Source: Gemmatimonadales bacterium
GTDB lineage: Bacteria; Gemmatimonadota; Gemmatimonadetes; Gemmatimonadales; GWC2-71-9
NCBI GenBank assembly: GCA_035703525.1
Contig: DASSYA010000024.1
Span: 69,309-133,308 of the forward strand
DNA length: 64,000 nt
Direction of reading: 5' to 3'
The translations under genes were made by a program, and so were the position numbers. The notes under the pieces are model-generated. The model worked only from the letters and a program-made list of their open reading frames with translations. It was not told the origin of the DNA and searched no databases. The stretch's first letter is position 1. Each line of letters begins with the position of its first letter. Shown piece after piece: positions 27,208 to 36,958 of this stretch.

Positions 27208-28890
27208 ATGTCCCGTCACCGGATGCTCACCATCGCCGCATTGGCCACCTTGGCCGGTGTGGCGCCACTGCATGCCCAGTCCTTCCCGACCGACGATCCC
27301 GTCATCAAGCACATCTACGCGATCGGCATGGACAGCACCGACCTCTACCGCCAGGCCCACGTGCTCTTCGACTCGGTCGGTCCGCGCCTCATGGGCACAC
27401 CGAACCTGAGCCGCGCCCAGGATTGGCTGGTCGACACCTACAAGGCGTTCGGCATCGACGCGAAGAAGGAGCGCTTCGGCACCTGGCGTGGCTGGGAGCG
27501 GGGTCCCTCGCACATCGACCTCGTCTCGCCCCGGATCCGGTCGCTCGAGGGACAGATGGTCGGCTACTCGCCCGGCACCAATGGCAAGCCGGCGACCCTG
27601 CCGGTGGTGATCCTGCCCCGGTTCGCCGATAGTACGGCTTTCGTCGCGTGGCTCCCGAAGGCGAAGGGCAAACTGGTGATGATTTCCGCCCCGATGCCGA
27701 CCTGCCGGGCGCAATCCCAGTACACCGCCCTGGGCACGCCGGAGGAAGCGGCCGAGATGGCCAAGGCGGTCACGGAATCGAAGGCGGAATGGGCCTCCGC
27801 GCGTGCGCGAGATGGCGAGGGTGCCAGCGCCGGTGTCCGAGGCACCGGCTACTCCGCAGCGCTTGGCGGCGGCGAACTCGGTGTCCGGCTCGAGCAGGGG
27901 GGCGCCGCCGGGATCATCACGTCACGGCCCAAGCTGACCTGGTCAACCGGCGGTGGTGCGGGTGGCCGCGGTGGCTTTGGTGGCGGTGGGGCAGGGAGTC
28001 AGGGCGGCGTTTCGGCGATGGAGATCTTCGAGACCTACAACACCCGCACCCCCGCCATCGCCCTCAACTGCGAGGATTACGGCCTGGTCTTCCGGCTCGC
28101 CGAGGCGGGTGACGCACCGACGCTTCGGCTCGACCTCGACGCCCGCCTGCTCGGCGAGCAGCCGGTGTTCAACGTCGTCGCGACGATCCCGGGCACCGAG
28201 AAGCCGAACGAATATGTGGTGCTCTCGGCGCACTACGACTCATGGGATGGCTCGTCGGGCGCCACCGACAACGGCACCGGCACGCTCACCATGCTCGAGG
28301 CGATGCGCATTCTCAAGCAGGTCTATCCGCATCCGAAGCGCACCATCATCGCCGGGCACTGGAGCGGCGAGGAAGAGGGTGAAGTCGGCTCCAAGGCCTT
28401 CACCGAGGATCACCCCGAGGTGATCGCCGGCCTGCAGACCGTGTTCAACCAGGACAACGGCACCGGACCGATCCGGAGCATCGGAGGGGGGGGGATGGTC
28501 GGCTCGCCCGAACATGTCAATCGCTGGCTGAGTGCCATCCCGACCGAGTGGCGAGACAGTCTTCGCACCAGCCTGCCCGGCGGTCCCTCGGGCTCCGGCA
28601 GCGACGGGTACGCGTTCACCTGCTACGGGGTCCCGACCACCGACCTCGGCTCCTCGAGCTGGGACTACTTCTCGCTCACATGGCACACCGAGCGGGATAC
28701 CTATGACAAGGTGGTCTTCCCGGCCCTCAAGTACAACGCGACCTTGACGGCGATGCTCGCCTACGAGGCGTCGGAGGATCCGACGATGATTCCGCACCAG
28801 AAGGTCGACCTCGCGTCGGCCGGTGGGCGGACCCGGACCTGGCCGACCTGCGAGAAGGCACCACGGTCGACCAATCCGCGTCTCAAGTAG
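27208..28890 (+). CDS. M28 family metallopeptidase with PA domain
   Basis: Signal peptide MLTIAALATLAGVAPLHAQ. Zinc-ligand context LSAHYDSWDGSSGATDNGTGTLTMLEAMRIL...WSGEEEGEVGS...GSDGYAF. Confidence 0.85.
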   Translation: MSRHRMLTIAALATLAGVAPLHAQSFPTDDPVIKHIYAIGMDSTDLYRQAHVLFDSVGPRLMGTPNLSRAQDWLVDTYKAFGIDAKKERFGTWRGWERGPSHIDLVSPRIRSLEGQMVGYSPGTNGKPATLPVVILPRFADSTAFVAWLPKAKGKLVMISAPMPTCRAQSQYTALGTPEEAAEMAKAVTESKAEWASARARDGEGASAGVRGTGYSAALGGGELGVRLEQGGAAGIITSRPKLTWSTGGGAGGRGGFGGGGAGSQGGVSAMEIFETYNTRTPAIALNCEDYGLVFRLAEAGDAPTLRLDLDARLLGEQPVFNVVATIPGTEKPNEYVVLSAHYDSWDGSSGATDNGTGTLTMLEAMRILKQVYPHPKRTIIAGHWSGEEEGEVGSKAFTEDHPEVIAGLQTVFNQDNGTGPIRSIGGGGMVGSPEHVNRWLSAIPTEWRDSLRTSLPGGPSGSGSDGYAFTCYGVPTTDLGSSSWDYFSLTWHTERDTYDKVVFPALKYNATLTAMLAYEASEDPTMIPHQKVDLASAGGRTRTWPTCEKAPRSTNPRLK

Positions 28891-28920
28891 GGCCGGGGGT
28901 CACTGGTCGGTGGGCTGCTC

Positions 28921-30459
28921 GTGACGTTGCCATGGCTGATGCTCCTGGGGCCAGCCACCCCGGATGTCGCGAGCACCACCGATCCCGTTTCCCAGGGGAT
29001 CGTGGCGCTGCTGCTGGTGCTGCTGTTCGTGCTGCTGGCGCGCGAGACCGCCCACCGGGTCCTGATCGTCTTCAGCACCGTGGCGATCCTCTGGTGCTTC
29101 ACCTACCTCACCCCGTTCAGGCTCATCTCGTTCGAACGGGCATGGGCCGCGGTCGACATCAACGTGCTGCTCCTCCTCGCTGCCATGATGGCGGTGGTGG
29201 GCGTGCTCAAGTCAACCGGCTTCTTCGCGTGGGCCATGGGGTGGGTGATGAATCGCACCCGTGGCGAACCTCGCCGACTGCAGGGCATGCTGAGCTGGTT
29301 CACCGCGATCACCTCCGCGATGCTCGACAACGTCACGACCGTGATCTTCGTGACCCCGATGGCCACCGGCATGAGCGCCCGGCTCGGCATCGCGCCCGCC
29401 GCGATCCTGCTGCCCCTGGTGATCGCCTCGAACGTCGGTGGTACCGCCACGCTGATCGGTGATCCGCCGAACATCCTGATCGGCTCGGGAGCGGGGCTCT
29501 CATTCCTCGATTTTCTCGAGGCCCTCACCGCGCCGGTGCTGATCATGATGGTGGTGGTCCAGGCCTGGTCGGCGTGGTACTTCCGGAAGGAACTTGGGGT
29601 CCCGCATCCGGAGGGTGGCTTCGCGCCCGAACCGCCCCCCGCCCCCACCGATCCGCTCCTGCTGCGCTGGATGGGCGTGATCTGTGTCGGGATCCTGATC
29701 GGCTTCCTCTCCCACGCCGCCACCGGCATGCCACCGGCCGTGCCCGCGGTGATCGGCGCCGCGGCAGCCCTGATCGTCCAGGACGTCCTGTATCTCAAGC
29801 GCCAGCAGCCGACCCACGAGGAGCGCGTCCACGGCATCCTCGAGGTCCTCGATCGCGAGATCGAATGGCCCACCCTGTCCTTCTTCTTCCTGCTCTTCAT
29901 CGTGGTCGGCGCCGCGGTCGAGACCGGACTGATCGCGACGATCGCCGGCGGTCTCGACTGGACCATCACGAGTGTCAAGGCGCAGTTCGGTCTCGGCGAT
30001 GCCGGGACCCTGCTCTTTGCCGCCTTGCTCATCTGCTGGGTGAGTGCGGTGCTCTCGGCCTTCATCGACAACATCCCCTACGTGATCGTGAGCATCCCGA
30101 TCGTGATGACCTTGTCGACGACGCTGCCGGGCAACACCGACGTCCTCTGGTGGGCTCTGGCGCTTGGCGCGTGTCTCGGTGGCAACGGGACGATGGTCGG
30201 TGCGTCTGCGAACGTGACGCTGGTCGGGCTCGCCGAGAAGGCGGGCGTGCGCATCGGCTTCGCGGAGTTCATGCGGTTCGGTTGGCCCGCGATGATGCTG
30301 ACCGTGGGTGTCGCGTCGGTCTTCCTCACGCTCCATGTGCTGCTGGGGGAGATGCCGGCGCGACTGATCGGCTGGCTGATCGCGGTGCCCCTGGTGCTGG
30401 TCACGACGTTCGGTCGCCGACGGCGCCCGGCGCCCGGGGAACCGCGCGCGACTACCTGA
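28921..30459 (+). CDS. ArsB/NhaD-superfamily (SLC13/CitMHS-like) anion permease
   Basis: 512 aa, 10 or more TM segments. Duplicated motifs SAMLDNVTTVIFVTPM and SAFIDNIPYVIVSIPIV, plus GGTATLIGDPPN and GGNGTMVGASAN. Confidence 0.75.
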   Translation: MTLPWLMLLGPATPDVASTTDPVSQGIVALLLVLLFVLLARETAHRVLIVFSTVAILWCFTYLTPFRLISFERAWAAVDINVLLLLAAMMAVVGVLKSTGFFAWAMGWVMNRTRGEPRRLQGMLSWFTAITSAMLDNVTTVIFVTPMATGMSARLGIAPAAILLPLVIASNVGGTATLIGDPPNILIGSGAGLSFLDFLEALTAPVLIMMVVVQAWSAWYFRKELGVPHPEGGFAPEPPPAPTDPLLLRWMGVICVGILIGFLSHAATGMPPAVPAVIGAAAALIVQDVLYLKRQQPTHEERVHGILEVLDREIEWPTLSFFFLLFIVVGAAVETGLIATIAGGLDWTITSVKAQFGLGDAGTLLFAALLICWVSAVLSAFIDNIPYVIVSIPIVMTLSTTLPGNTDVLWWALALGACLGGNGTMVGASANVTLVGLAEKAGVRIGFAEFMRFGWPAMMLTVGVASVFLTLHVLLGEMPARLIGWLIAVPLVLVTTFGRRRRPAPGEPRATT

Positions 30460-31741
30460 ACACCACCCCGTCCTTCATCACATGACGCACGTCGCCCAGC
30501 TCGGCGATGTCGTCGAGCGGATTGCGATCGGTGGCGATCAGGTCGGCGAACCGACCGACCTGCACGCTGCCCACCTGATGCTCCTGGCCGAGCGTCGTCG
30601 CGGCGACGATGGTCGCGGATCGGATCGCCTGCATCGGTGTCATGCCGTAGCGCACGAGATAGCCGAAGTCGCTGGTCTCGGGTTCGGTCCATGCGTAACC
30701 CCCCGCATCGGTGCCGTAGGTGATCCGCACCCCCCGACGCACGCCCTCACGCACCGCGATCGCCTCCAGCTCGACCATCTTCTGCCAGATCCCGCCGCGC
30801 CCGGGCGCGACATAGGCCACCACATGAATCGTCGGGCACCACGCGGTGCCCTGCTTCGCGGCCCGGTCGAGCAGGTCGGGTGTGAAACCGACACCGTGCT
30901 CGATCGAATCGAAGCCATGGCGGAGCGCCATGTCGATGCCATCCCAGCCCATCGCGTGTCCCGCCACCCGGCGCCCGAGCCGATGGGCCTCCTGCACGAA
31001 CGCGTCGAGTTCGTCGTCGGTATAGTTGGTGCGCGAACGCAGTCGACCGTCCTCCGCGAGGTAGTAGCCGCCGTCGACATAGACCTTGATCCAGTCGGCG
31101 CCGTGGCTCACCTGTTCGCGCACCGCCTTGCGGATCTCCTCGACGCCGTCGGCGAACTGCACGCCACCCGGCAGGGGAAGCTCCCATGAGAACCCGTTGG
31201 GTGGGTACTTGCCGGTCGGCGCAAAGGCACGAGTCGCCACCGACATCCGCGGGCCGGGGACGACCCCGCGCTGGATCGCGCGCTTGAGATCGACATCGGC
31301 ATACATCGCGCCCTCCGTCCCGACGTCGCGGATCGAGGTGAACCCTTGATCGAGCGCCCGTCGCGCGGCCGCGGTTGCCCGGATGGCACGATAGGGGATG
31401 CTCTCCCGGAGCAGCTGATCGTCCCATTCGAGCTGGGTGATGTCACCCTGCAGGAGCACGTGCGTGTGGGCGTCGATCAGGCCAGGCAGCACGGTCTGGG
31501 CCGACCAGTCGACCACCGCGGCCGTGCCGGCCTGCGCGTGGATGGTGGCCCATGGACCGACTGCGGTGATCCGACCGTTCTCGACGAGGATCCCCTGATC
31601 CGACCTCGCCTCGTCGGCGATCCCGTCGATCAGCGTTCCGGCGTGGATCACCGTGCGGATCGGCGCAGTGACGGGCGACTGGGCAGTGAGTGGCAGGGCG
31701 AGACAGGCCGCGGCAAGCAGTGGCTGCGTCAGGCGGAGCAT
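30452..31741 (-). CDS. Secreted amidohydrolase family protein (metal-dependent hydrolase, TIM barrel)
   Basis: ATG 31741 gives MLRLTQPLLAAACLALPLTAQ. LPGLIDAHTHVLL (HxH), and later HA..., IEHG and GTDAG motifs. Confidence 0.8.
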   Translation of the reverse strand: MLRLTQPLLAAACLALPLTAQSPVTAPIRTVIHAGTLIDGIADEARSDQGILVENGRITAVGPWATIHAQAGTAAVVDWSAQTVLPGLIDAHTHVLLQGDITQLEWDDQLLRESIPYRAIRATAAARRALDQGFTSIRDVGTEGAMYADVDLKRAIQRGVVPGPRMSVATRAFAPTGKYPPNGFSWELPLPGGVQFADGVEEIRKAVREQVSHGADWIKVYVDGGYYLAEDGRLRSRTNYTDDELDAFVQEAHRLGRRVAGHAMGWDGIDMALRHGFDSIEHGVGFTPDLLDRAAKQGTAWCPTIHVVAYVAPGRGGIWQKMVELEAIAVREGVRRGVRITYGTDAGGYAWTEPETSDFGYLVRYGMTPMQAIRSATIVAATTLGQEHQVGSVQVGRFADLIATDRNPLDDIAELGDVRHVMKDGVVFR

Positions 31742-31882
31742 CGGGACCTCGAGGCGTGTGGGAAGAACTCTCGCTTCAAGTGTCGCGTCGGATCGGATGA
31801 CTGGCAAGGTGGGGGCTCACCTTCACGAGGGATCCCGGCCGTGCGATCTTCCGATGTCCTCGCCACCCGGAGCCTCAACCCG

Positions 31883-32107
31883 ATGCGCACCATTCCGCTC
31901 GTCGCCGTGCTTGCACTGTTCCTGATCGGTTGCTCGGAGCCACCGCCCGATCCGGCCCAGCGCGATTCCGCCCAACAGCGCCAGCACGACAGCATGATCG
32001 GGGCATCCGGGCTGCCTGGCGCGAGCGGCGTGCACGGTGCCCTCCGCGCCGCCGACTCGGCCGCAGCCAGGCGGCTTCGTGAAGCCGCCACGACCGACTC
32101 CTCGTGA
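31883..32107 (+). CDS. Small lipoprotein, unknown function
   Basis: ATG 31883 gives MRTIPLVAVLALFLIGC, a lipobox. 74 aa. Its stop overlaps the next gene's GTG. It is the only coding-like part of the 253-aa track ORF. Confidence 0.45.
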   Translation: MRTIPLVAVLALFLIGCSEPPPDPAQRDSAQQRQHDSMIGASGLPGASGVHGALRAADSAAARRLREAATTDSS

Positions 32108-32496
32108 CCCGGACCGTCACCCGCTGGCTCTTTGGTGTGCTGCTTGTGGTGGCGGGCACCAATCACTTTCGGCATCCGGAGGGTTTCGTCCGGATCATGC
32201 CCAGCTACCTGCCGTGGCATCTGGAGCTGGTCTACCTGAGCGGCATCGCCGAGTGCGGGTTGGGCGCAATGTTGCTGGTGCGGCGGTGGGCGCGCGTGGC
32301 CTCATGGGGCATCATCGTGCTCCTGGTCGCGGTCTTTCCGGCTAACATCAACATGACCATCCATCCCGAGATCTACCCGCAGGTGCCGGTCTGGGCGCTC
32401 TGGCTGCGGTTGCCGGTGCAGGGACTGCTCATCTGGTGGGTGTACCAGTACACGAAGCATGCACCTCGCCGATTCACGCCGATGGAGGCCGCATGA
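32104..32496 (+). CDS. DoxX-like small membrane protein
   Basis: 130 aa, 4 TM segments. GTNHFRHPEGFVRIMPSYLPW...VFPANI resembles DoxX-like proteins. GTG start overlaps the upstream stop. Confidence 0.6.
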   Translation: MTRTVTRWLFGVLLVVAGTNHFRHPEGFVRIMPSYLPWHLELVYLSGIAECGLGAMLLVRRWARVASWGIIVLLVAVFPANINMTIHPEIYPQVPVWALWLRLPVQGLLIWWVYQYTKHAPRRFTPMEAA

Positions 32497-32951
32497 AGAT
32501 CTGGATCGATGCCGACGCCGCCCCACGCGACGTCAAGGAGATCGTCTTCAAGGCATCCAGACGCCTCACCATTCCGGTGATCATGGTCGCCAACATGCAT
32601 CTTCGGGTACCCAATGGCTATCCCCAGGTCTCGGCGGTCTGGGTCGATGGCGGGCCCGATGTCGCGGATGCCCACATCGCCAGGGAGGCGGTTGCAGGGG
32701 ATCTCGTGGTGACGCAGGACATTCTGCTCGCCGCCCTGCTAGTCCCGAACGGGGTGGTCGTGCTCGATCCGCGCGGTGACGAGCATACCGCGGAGACCAT
32801 CGGTGAACGGCTCTCGATCCGCGACTTCATGGAGGATGCCCGGATGGCCGGCATCGTGACCGGCGGACCGCCGCCATATGACGCACGAGCGAAGCAGGCG
32901 TTCGCCGCCGCGCTCGATCGTGCCTTGACCCGCTTGATGCGGGTCCGCTAG
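32493..32951 (+). CDS. YaiI/YqxD family protein (DUF188, UPF0178)
   Basis: ATG 32493 overlaps the upstream stop (ATGA). [22 protein letters not shown]...DVADAHIA...[13 protein letters not shown] is typical of the family. Confidence 0.8.
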   Translation: MKIWIDADAAPRDVKEIVFKASRRLTIPVIMVANMHLRVPNGYPQVSAVWVDGGPDVADAHIAREAVAGDLVVTQDILLAALLVPNGVVVLDPRGDEHTAETIGERLSIRDFMEDARMAGIVTGGPPPYDARAKQAFAAALDRALTRLMRVR

Positions 32952-32959
32952 CCTCCCCG

Positions 32960-34210
32960 ATGCCTCATCCCATGCGCCGAGTGTTGGGCCGTGCCGAACG
33001 GGCGGTCCGACATGTCATCGAGCAGGCCCAGAGCTCGCTCCAGGATTTCCTCCGACTGTCGGCCTCCGGCGGCATCGTGCTGATGCTCGCGGCAGTGCTG
33101 GCGATGATGGTGGCCAATTCCCGCTTCGCCCCGGCCTATGTCGATTTCCTCGCACTCCCCGTGGTCGTGACCATCGGTGGCGTCGGCGTTGCCAAGCCGA
33201 TGCTCCTCTGGATCAACGACGGCCTGATGGCCATCTTCTTCCTCCTGATCGGGCTCGAGCTCAAGCGGGAGCTGCTCGAGGGCCACCTGGCGAGCTTCCG
33301 TCAGGCCGCGCTCCCGATCGCTGCGGCCGTCGGTGGGCTCATCTTCCCGGCGCTCATCTATGTCACCATCAATCGTGGTGACGCCGTCGCGCTCAATGGT
33401 TGGGCGATTCCCGCAGCCACCGACATCGCCTTCGCCCTCGGCGTGCTCGCCCTGCTCGGATCGCGCGTGCCGACGGCCCTCAAGGCATTCCTGCTCAGCA
33501 TCGCGATTCTCGACGACCTCATGGCGATCGTGATCATCGCCCTGTTCTATACCTCGAGCCTGTCGACCGACGCCCTGACGGTCGCCGGGATCCTGGTCGC
33601 GGTGCTCGCCCTGATGAACCGATTCGGCGTCCGGAAGAGTGCTGCCTACATCCTGATCGGCGTCCCGCTCTGGCTCGCGGTGCTCAAGTCTGGCGTGCAT
33701 GCCACGCTGGCGGGCGTGGTCCTCGCCTTCTTCATCCCGATGGGGAAGGCGGGCGACGGACACGAGCGTTCACCGCTCCGTGATCTCGAGCATGCCCTGC
33801 ACCCCTGGGTCGCGTACCTGGTGCTGCCGATCTTCGCCTTCGCGAATGCGGGCGTGTCGCTCGCCGGTGTCGCCCCGGCCGAGCTCCTGCGCCCCATCCC
33901 GCTCGGCATCGTCGCCGGACTCTTCGTCGGCAAGCAGGCCGGAATCATGACAGCCGCGTTCCTCGCGGTCCGCTTCCGGGTCGCGTCGCTCGGCCAGGAG
34001 CTCCGGTGGTCGCATCTGTATGGAGTGGCGCTCCTCGCCGGCATCGGCTTCACGATGAGCCTCTTCATCGCCTCGCTCGCCTTCGCCCAGCGTGGGGCCA
34101 GCACCCATGGACTCGAACGCATCGGCATCCTCGCGGGATCCCTGCTCGCCGGCACTGTCGGGTATCTGGTGCTCCGGCGCGTGCTGCCCGCGACGAAGGC
34201 CGCCGATTGA
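32960..34210 (+). CDS. nhaA: Na+/H+ antiporter NhaA
   Basis: [33 protein letters not shown] and [16 protein letters not shown] are diagnostic NhaA motifs; 416 aa. Confidence 0.9.
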   Translation: MPHPMRRVLGRAERAVRHVIEQAQSSLQDFLRLSASGGIVLMLAAVLAMMVANSRFAPAYVDFLALPVVVTIGGVGVAKPMLLWINDGLMAIFFLLIGLELKRELLEGHLASFRQAALPIAAAVGGLIFPALIYVTINRGDAVALNGWAIPAATDIAFALGVLALLGSRVPTALKAFLLSIAILDDLMAIVIIALFYTSSLSTDALTVAGILVAVLALMNRFGVRKSAAYILIGVPLWLAVLKSGVHATLAGVVLAFFIPMGKAGDGHERSPLRDLEHALHPWVAYLVLPIFAFANAGVSLAGVAPAELLRPIPLGIVAGLFVGKQAGIMTAAFLAVRFRVASLGQELRWSHLYGVALLAGIGFTMSLFIASLAFAQRGASTHGLERIGILAGSLLAGTVGYLVLRRVLPATKAAD

Positions 34211-34243
34211 GGCGAGTCCTCCGGGCCGCGGCCGCGCGGGTCG

Positions 34244-34423
34244 TCAGCTTGCCGTGACCCAGACCTGCACACCGCCGCGACCATAACTCACCTGGACCTG
34301 CCATGGGCGGCAGCACACATCGCAATCCTGGATGTATTCCTGCTCGGCCCCTCCGCCCGGGTCGAGGGCGATCGACACCACTTCGCCACAACAGGGGCAG
34401 GTGACGTCGGCCTCCGACGTCAT
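34244..34423 (-). CDS. CPXCG motif cysteine-rich small protein
   Basis: ATG 34423 gives MTSEADVTCPCCGEVVSIALDP...YIQDCDVCCRPW. 59 aa, matching the size and motifs of the CPXCG family. Confidence 0.65.
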   Translation of the reverse strand: MTSEADVTCPCCGEVVSIALDPGGGAEQEYIQDCDVCCRPWQVQVSYGRGGVQVWVTAS

Positions 34424-34575
34424 GAATGCGCCCGTGTCCGGTTGGTCGTATGATTCGTTGTCCGATCCGAGCATCGACCCCCCGAGGTTTCCATCCGTGA
34501 TGACCACGTGCTGGTCATGCTGACCCACTCAATTTCGCCTGTCTGGCGCGCAGAGACCATCCACCCGGGATCCAG

Positions 34576-35418
34576 ATGACCACACCCGTTCGTCGACCGC
34601 TCGCGGGTCCGTTGCCACCAGACTGGCCCGCGTGGCGCGTGCAGCTGCACGATGTGATCTTCGGCCACGAATCGAAGGCCGGCAAGACCTTCGATCTGGC
34701 GCTCATGGTGAGCATCATCCTGAGTGTCGCCGCCGTGATGCTCGACTCGATCGCGAGCATTCGGCTCGAGTACGGTAGCCTGCTCTACGCCCTCGAGTGG
34801 GTCTTCACGGTCCTCTTCACGGTCGAGTACGCGCTCCGCCTGATCTGCGCACCGCGTCCGGTGAGATATGCCCGGAGCTTCTTCGGCCTGGTCGACCTCG
34901 CCTCGATCCTGCCGACCTACATCTCGCTGATCCTCCCCGGCAGTCAGTACTTCCAGGTGATCCGGATCCTGCGCGTGCTCCGGGTGTTCCGCGTGCTGAA
35001 GGTCGCCGAGTACATGGGCGAGGCCGACGTGCTGCTGGATGCGATCCGCGCGAGTCGACGCAAGCTGTCGATCTTCATTGCGACCGTGTTCGTGCTCGCC
35101 ATCATCCTCGGTGCGGCGATGTACATCGTCGAGGGGCGGACCCACGGTTTCACGAGCATCCCGCAGTCGATCTACTGGACGATCGTCACGATCACCACCG
35201 TCGGCTATGGTGACATCTCGCCCGAGACACCGCTCGGCCAGACACTCGCGAGTGCGATCATGTTGCTGGGGTATGCGATCGTCGCGGTGCCGACCGGGAT
35301 CGTGACCGTCGAGCTGACCCGGAAGCAGGGCGCCATGCGGCGGCACTGCGATCGCTGTGGCCAGGCGGGACACGATCCCGATGCCCGGCACTGCAAGTAC
35401 TGTGGGGAGCGGTTGTAA
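34576..35418 (+). CDS. Voltage-gated K+ channel (6TM, Kv-type) with C-terminal zinc-ribbon
   Basis: S4 with Arg every third residue (VIRILRVLRVFRVLKV). Selectivity filter TTVGYGD. C-terminal CDRCG...HCKYCG. Confidence 0.85.
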   Translation: MTTPVRRPLAGPLPPDWPAWRVQLHDVIFGHESKAGKTFDLALMVSIILSVAAVMLDSIASIRLEYGSLLYALEWVFTVLFTVEYALRLICAPRPVRYARSFFGLVDLASILPTYISLILPGSQYFQVIRILRVLRVFRVLKVAEYMGEADVLLDAIRASRRKLSIFIATVFVLAIILGAAMYIVEGRTHGFTSIPQSIYWTIVTITTVGYGDISPETPLGQTLASAIMLLGYAIVAVPTGIVTVELTRKQGAMRRHCDRCGQAGHDPDARHCKYCGERL

Positions 35419-35485
35419 GGAAGCCCGTCGCGGCCTGACAACCACGGCTCGGCCAGCGTCGCTGTCTCGCTTCTCGCTTGTCGTG

Positions 35486-36853
35486 TCACATCACGTACAC
35501 CGTCTTCGCGTTCTGGAATTCCAGGAGGCCGTGCCTGGCGAGCTCGCGGCCGTAGCCGCTCTCCTTGATGCCGCCGAACGGGAGGCGCGGGTCGGATTTG
35601 ACGAACGCATTCACGAAGCACGATCCGGCGTCGAGCTGGTCGGCTGCGATCTTCTCGCCCGCGATTACGTCGCGCGTGAACACGGCCGCGCCGAGGCCGA
35701 ACACCGAATCGTTGGCCACCCTGATGGCCGCCGCCCGATCCTTGACCGGAATGATCGCGGCGACCGGACCGAACAACTCCTCCTTGTACGCGACCATCCC
35801 CTTCTTCACGTCGGTGAGCACGGTCGGCGGATAGTACGCCCCCGGTCCGTTCGGCACGGTCCCGCCGAGCAGCACCCTGGCGCCCTTCGCCACGCTCGCC
35901 TCGACCTGACGGTGCAACTCGTCGCGCAGGTCGGTTCGGGCCTGTGGCCCGATGGTGGTCTCGTCCTGCATCGGATCGCCCATCTTCGCCGCGCGCATCC
36001 GCTCGACCAGCCGTCGCTCGAACGCCTCGCGCACCTCGGGGACCACGATGAAGCGCTTCGCGGCGATGCAACTCTGTCCGGAGTTGAGCATCCGACTCGT
36101 GGCGCATGCCTCGACCGCGAGATCGAGGTCGGCATCCTTGAGGATCAGGTACGGATCACTGCCCCCGAGCTCGAGCACACACTTCTTGAGCCGCGCCCCC
36201 GCCTCCTTGGCCACCGCCTTGCCAGCACGCGTGCTCCCGGTCAGCGTCACCGCCATCACCTCCTTGTGGCGGATCACCCGCTTCGACTGGTCATGCGAGA
36301 TCAGCAGCGTCCGGAAGAGCCCCTCGGGGAAGCCGGCTTCACGGAAGACGGTCTCGATCGCCAGGGCACAGCCGGGCACATTTGCCGCATGCTTGAGCAG
36401 GGCACCATTGCCGCCCATGAGCGCAGGTGCCGCGAAGCGGAGCACCTGCCAGAACGGGAAGTTCCACGGCATCACCGCGAAGACCACACCGAGCGGTCGA
36501 TAGGCCACGTAGCTCCGAGAGGCATCGGTCTCGACCAGTTCGGGCGCCAGGAATTGTTCCGCGTGGTCGGCGTAGTACTCGCACACCCAGGCACACTTCT
36601 CGATTTCGCCCCGACCCTGCGTGACCGGCTTCCCCATTTCGTGCGCCATCAGGGTCGCGAACTCGTCGGCTCGGGCCCGCAGCACCGCCGACGCCTTCCG
36701 CATCAGCGCAGCACGCTCCGCGAAGCTGGTCTTCCGCCACGCGCGTGCCGCCTTCGCGGTCTGGGTGATCGCCTTCCCCAGCTCGGGGTTGGTGAGTTCC
36801 GGATGGCTGGAGACGGTCTCGCCGGTGGCGGGATTGATGGCGACATGACTCAT
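35486..36853 (-). CDS. NAD(P)-dependent succinate-semialdehyde dehydrogenase (ALDH family)
   Basis: 455 aa. ELGGSDP and QSCIAAKR (catalytic Cys), PWNFPFWQ, PFGGIKESGYGRE. Confidence 0.85.
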   Translation of the reverse strand: MSHVAINPATGETVSSHPELTNPELGKAITQTAKAARAWRKTSFAERAALMRKASAVLRARADEFATLMAHEMGKPVTQGRGEIEKCAWVCEYYADHAEQFLAPELVETDASRSYVAYRPLGVVFAVMPWNFPFWQVLRFAAPALMGGNGALLKHAANVPGCALAIETVFREAGFPEGLFRTLLISHDQSKRVIRHKEVMAVTLTGSTRAGKAVAKEAGARLKKCVLELGGSDPYLILKDADLDLAVEACATSRMLNSGQSCIAAKRFIVVPEVREAFERRLVERMRAAKMGDPMQDETTIGPQARTDLRDELHRQVEASVAKGARVLLGGTVPNGPGAYYPPTVLTDVKKGMVAYKEELFGPVAAIIPVKDRAAAIRVANDSVFGLGAAVFTRDVIAGEKIAADQLDAGSCFVNAFVKSDPRLPFGGIKESGYGRELARHGLLEFQNAKTVYVM

Positions 36854-36958
36854 GATGCGGTCCTTTCACGGAATGGGCAGCGCCCAACGCCCCGTTCAGC
36901 ATACCTTCATTGGAAGGTACGTGGTGATCTGCGAGAGCCCCAGTGGTATGGAGGACGC

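Noticed and set aside
27946-28008. A Gly-rich low-complexity insertion (STGGGAGGRGGFGGGGAGSQGG) in the M28 peptidase.
   Set aside because: It is probably a flexible surface loop in the PA/cap region. It has no repeat structure at the DNA level and no independent signal.
34500-34518. An inverted repeat ATGACCA-N5-TGGTCAT in the CPXCG / Kv-channel divergent intergenic region.
   Set aside because: It has only 7-bp arms and a single copy. It is plausible as an operator but is not distinguishable from chance without comparative data.
35357-36958. The first 534 codons of the 957-aa plus-strand track ORF, the longest ORF in the window.
   Set aside because: It is antisense to the well-supported aldehyde dehydrogenase gene (35486-36853). 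Its translation is Arg/Gly/His-rich with no motifs. The real gene (APC permease) starts at ATG 36959 with a GGAGG. This is a typical high-GC antisense ORF.
36854-36958. The 105-nt leader between the ALDH gene and the APC permease gene, considered as a riboswitch.
   Set aside because: I cannot recognise any conserved riboswitch core (glycine, lysine, SAM, TPP or others). It is a divergent promoter region, and a covariance-model scan (Rfam/Infernal) would be needed to settle it.
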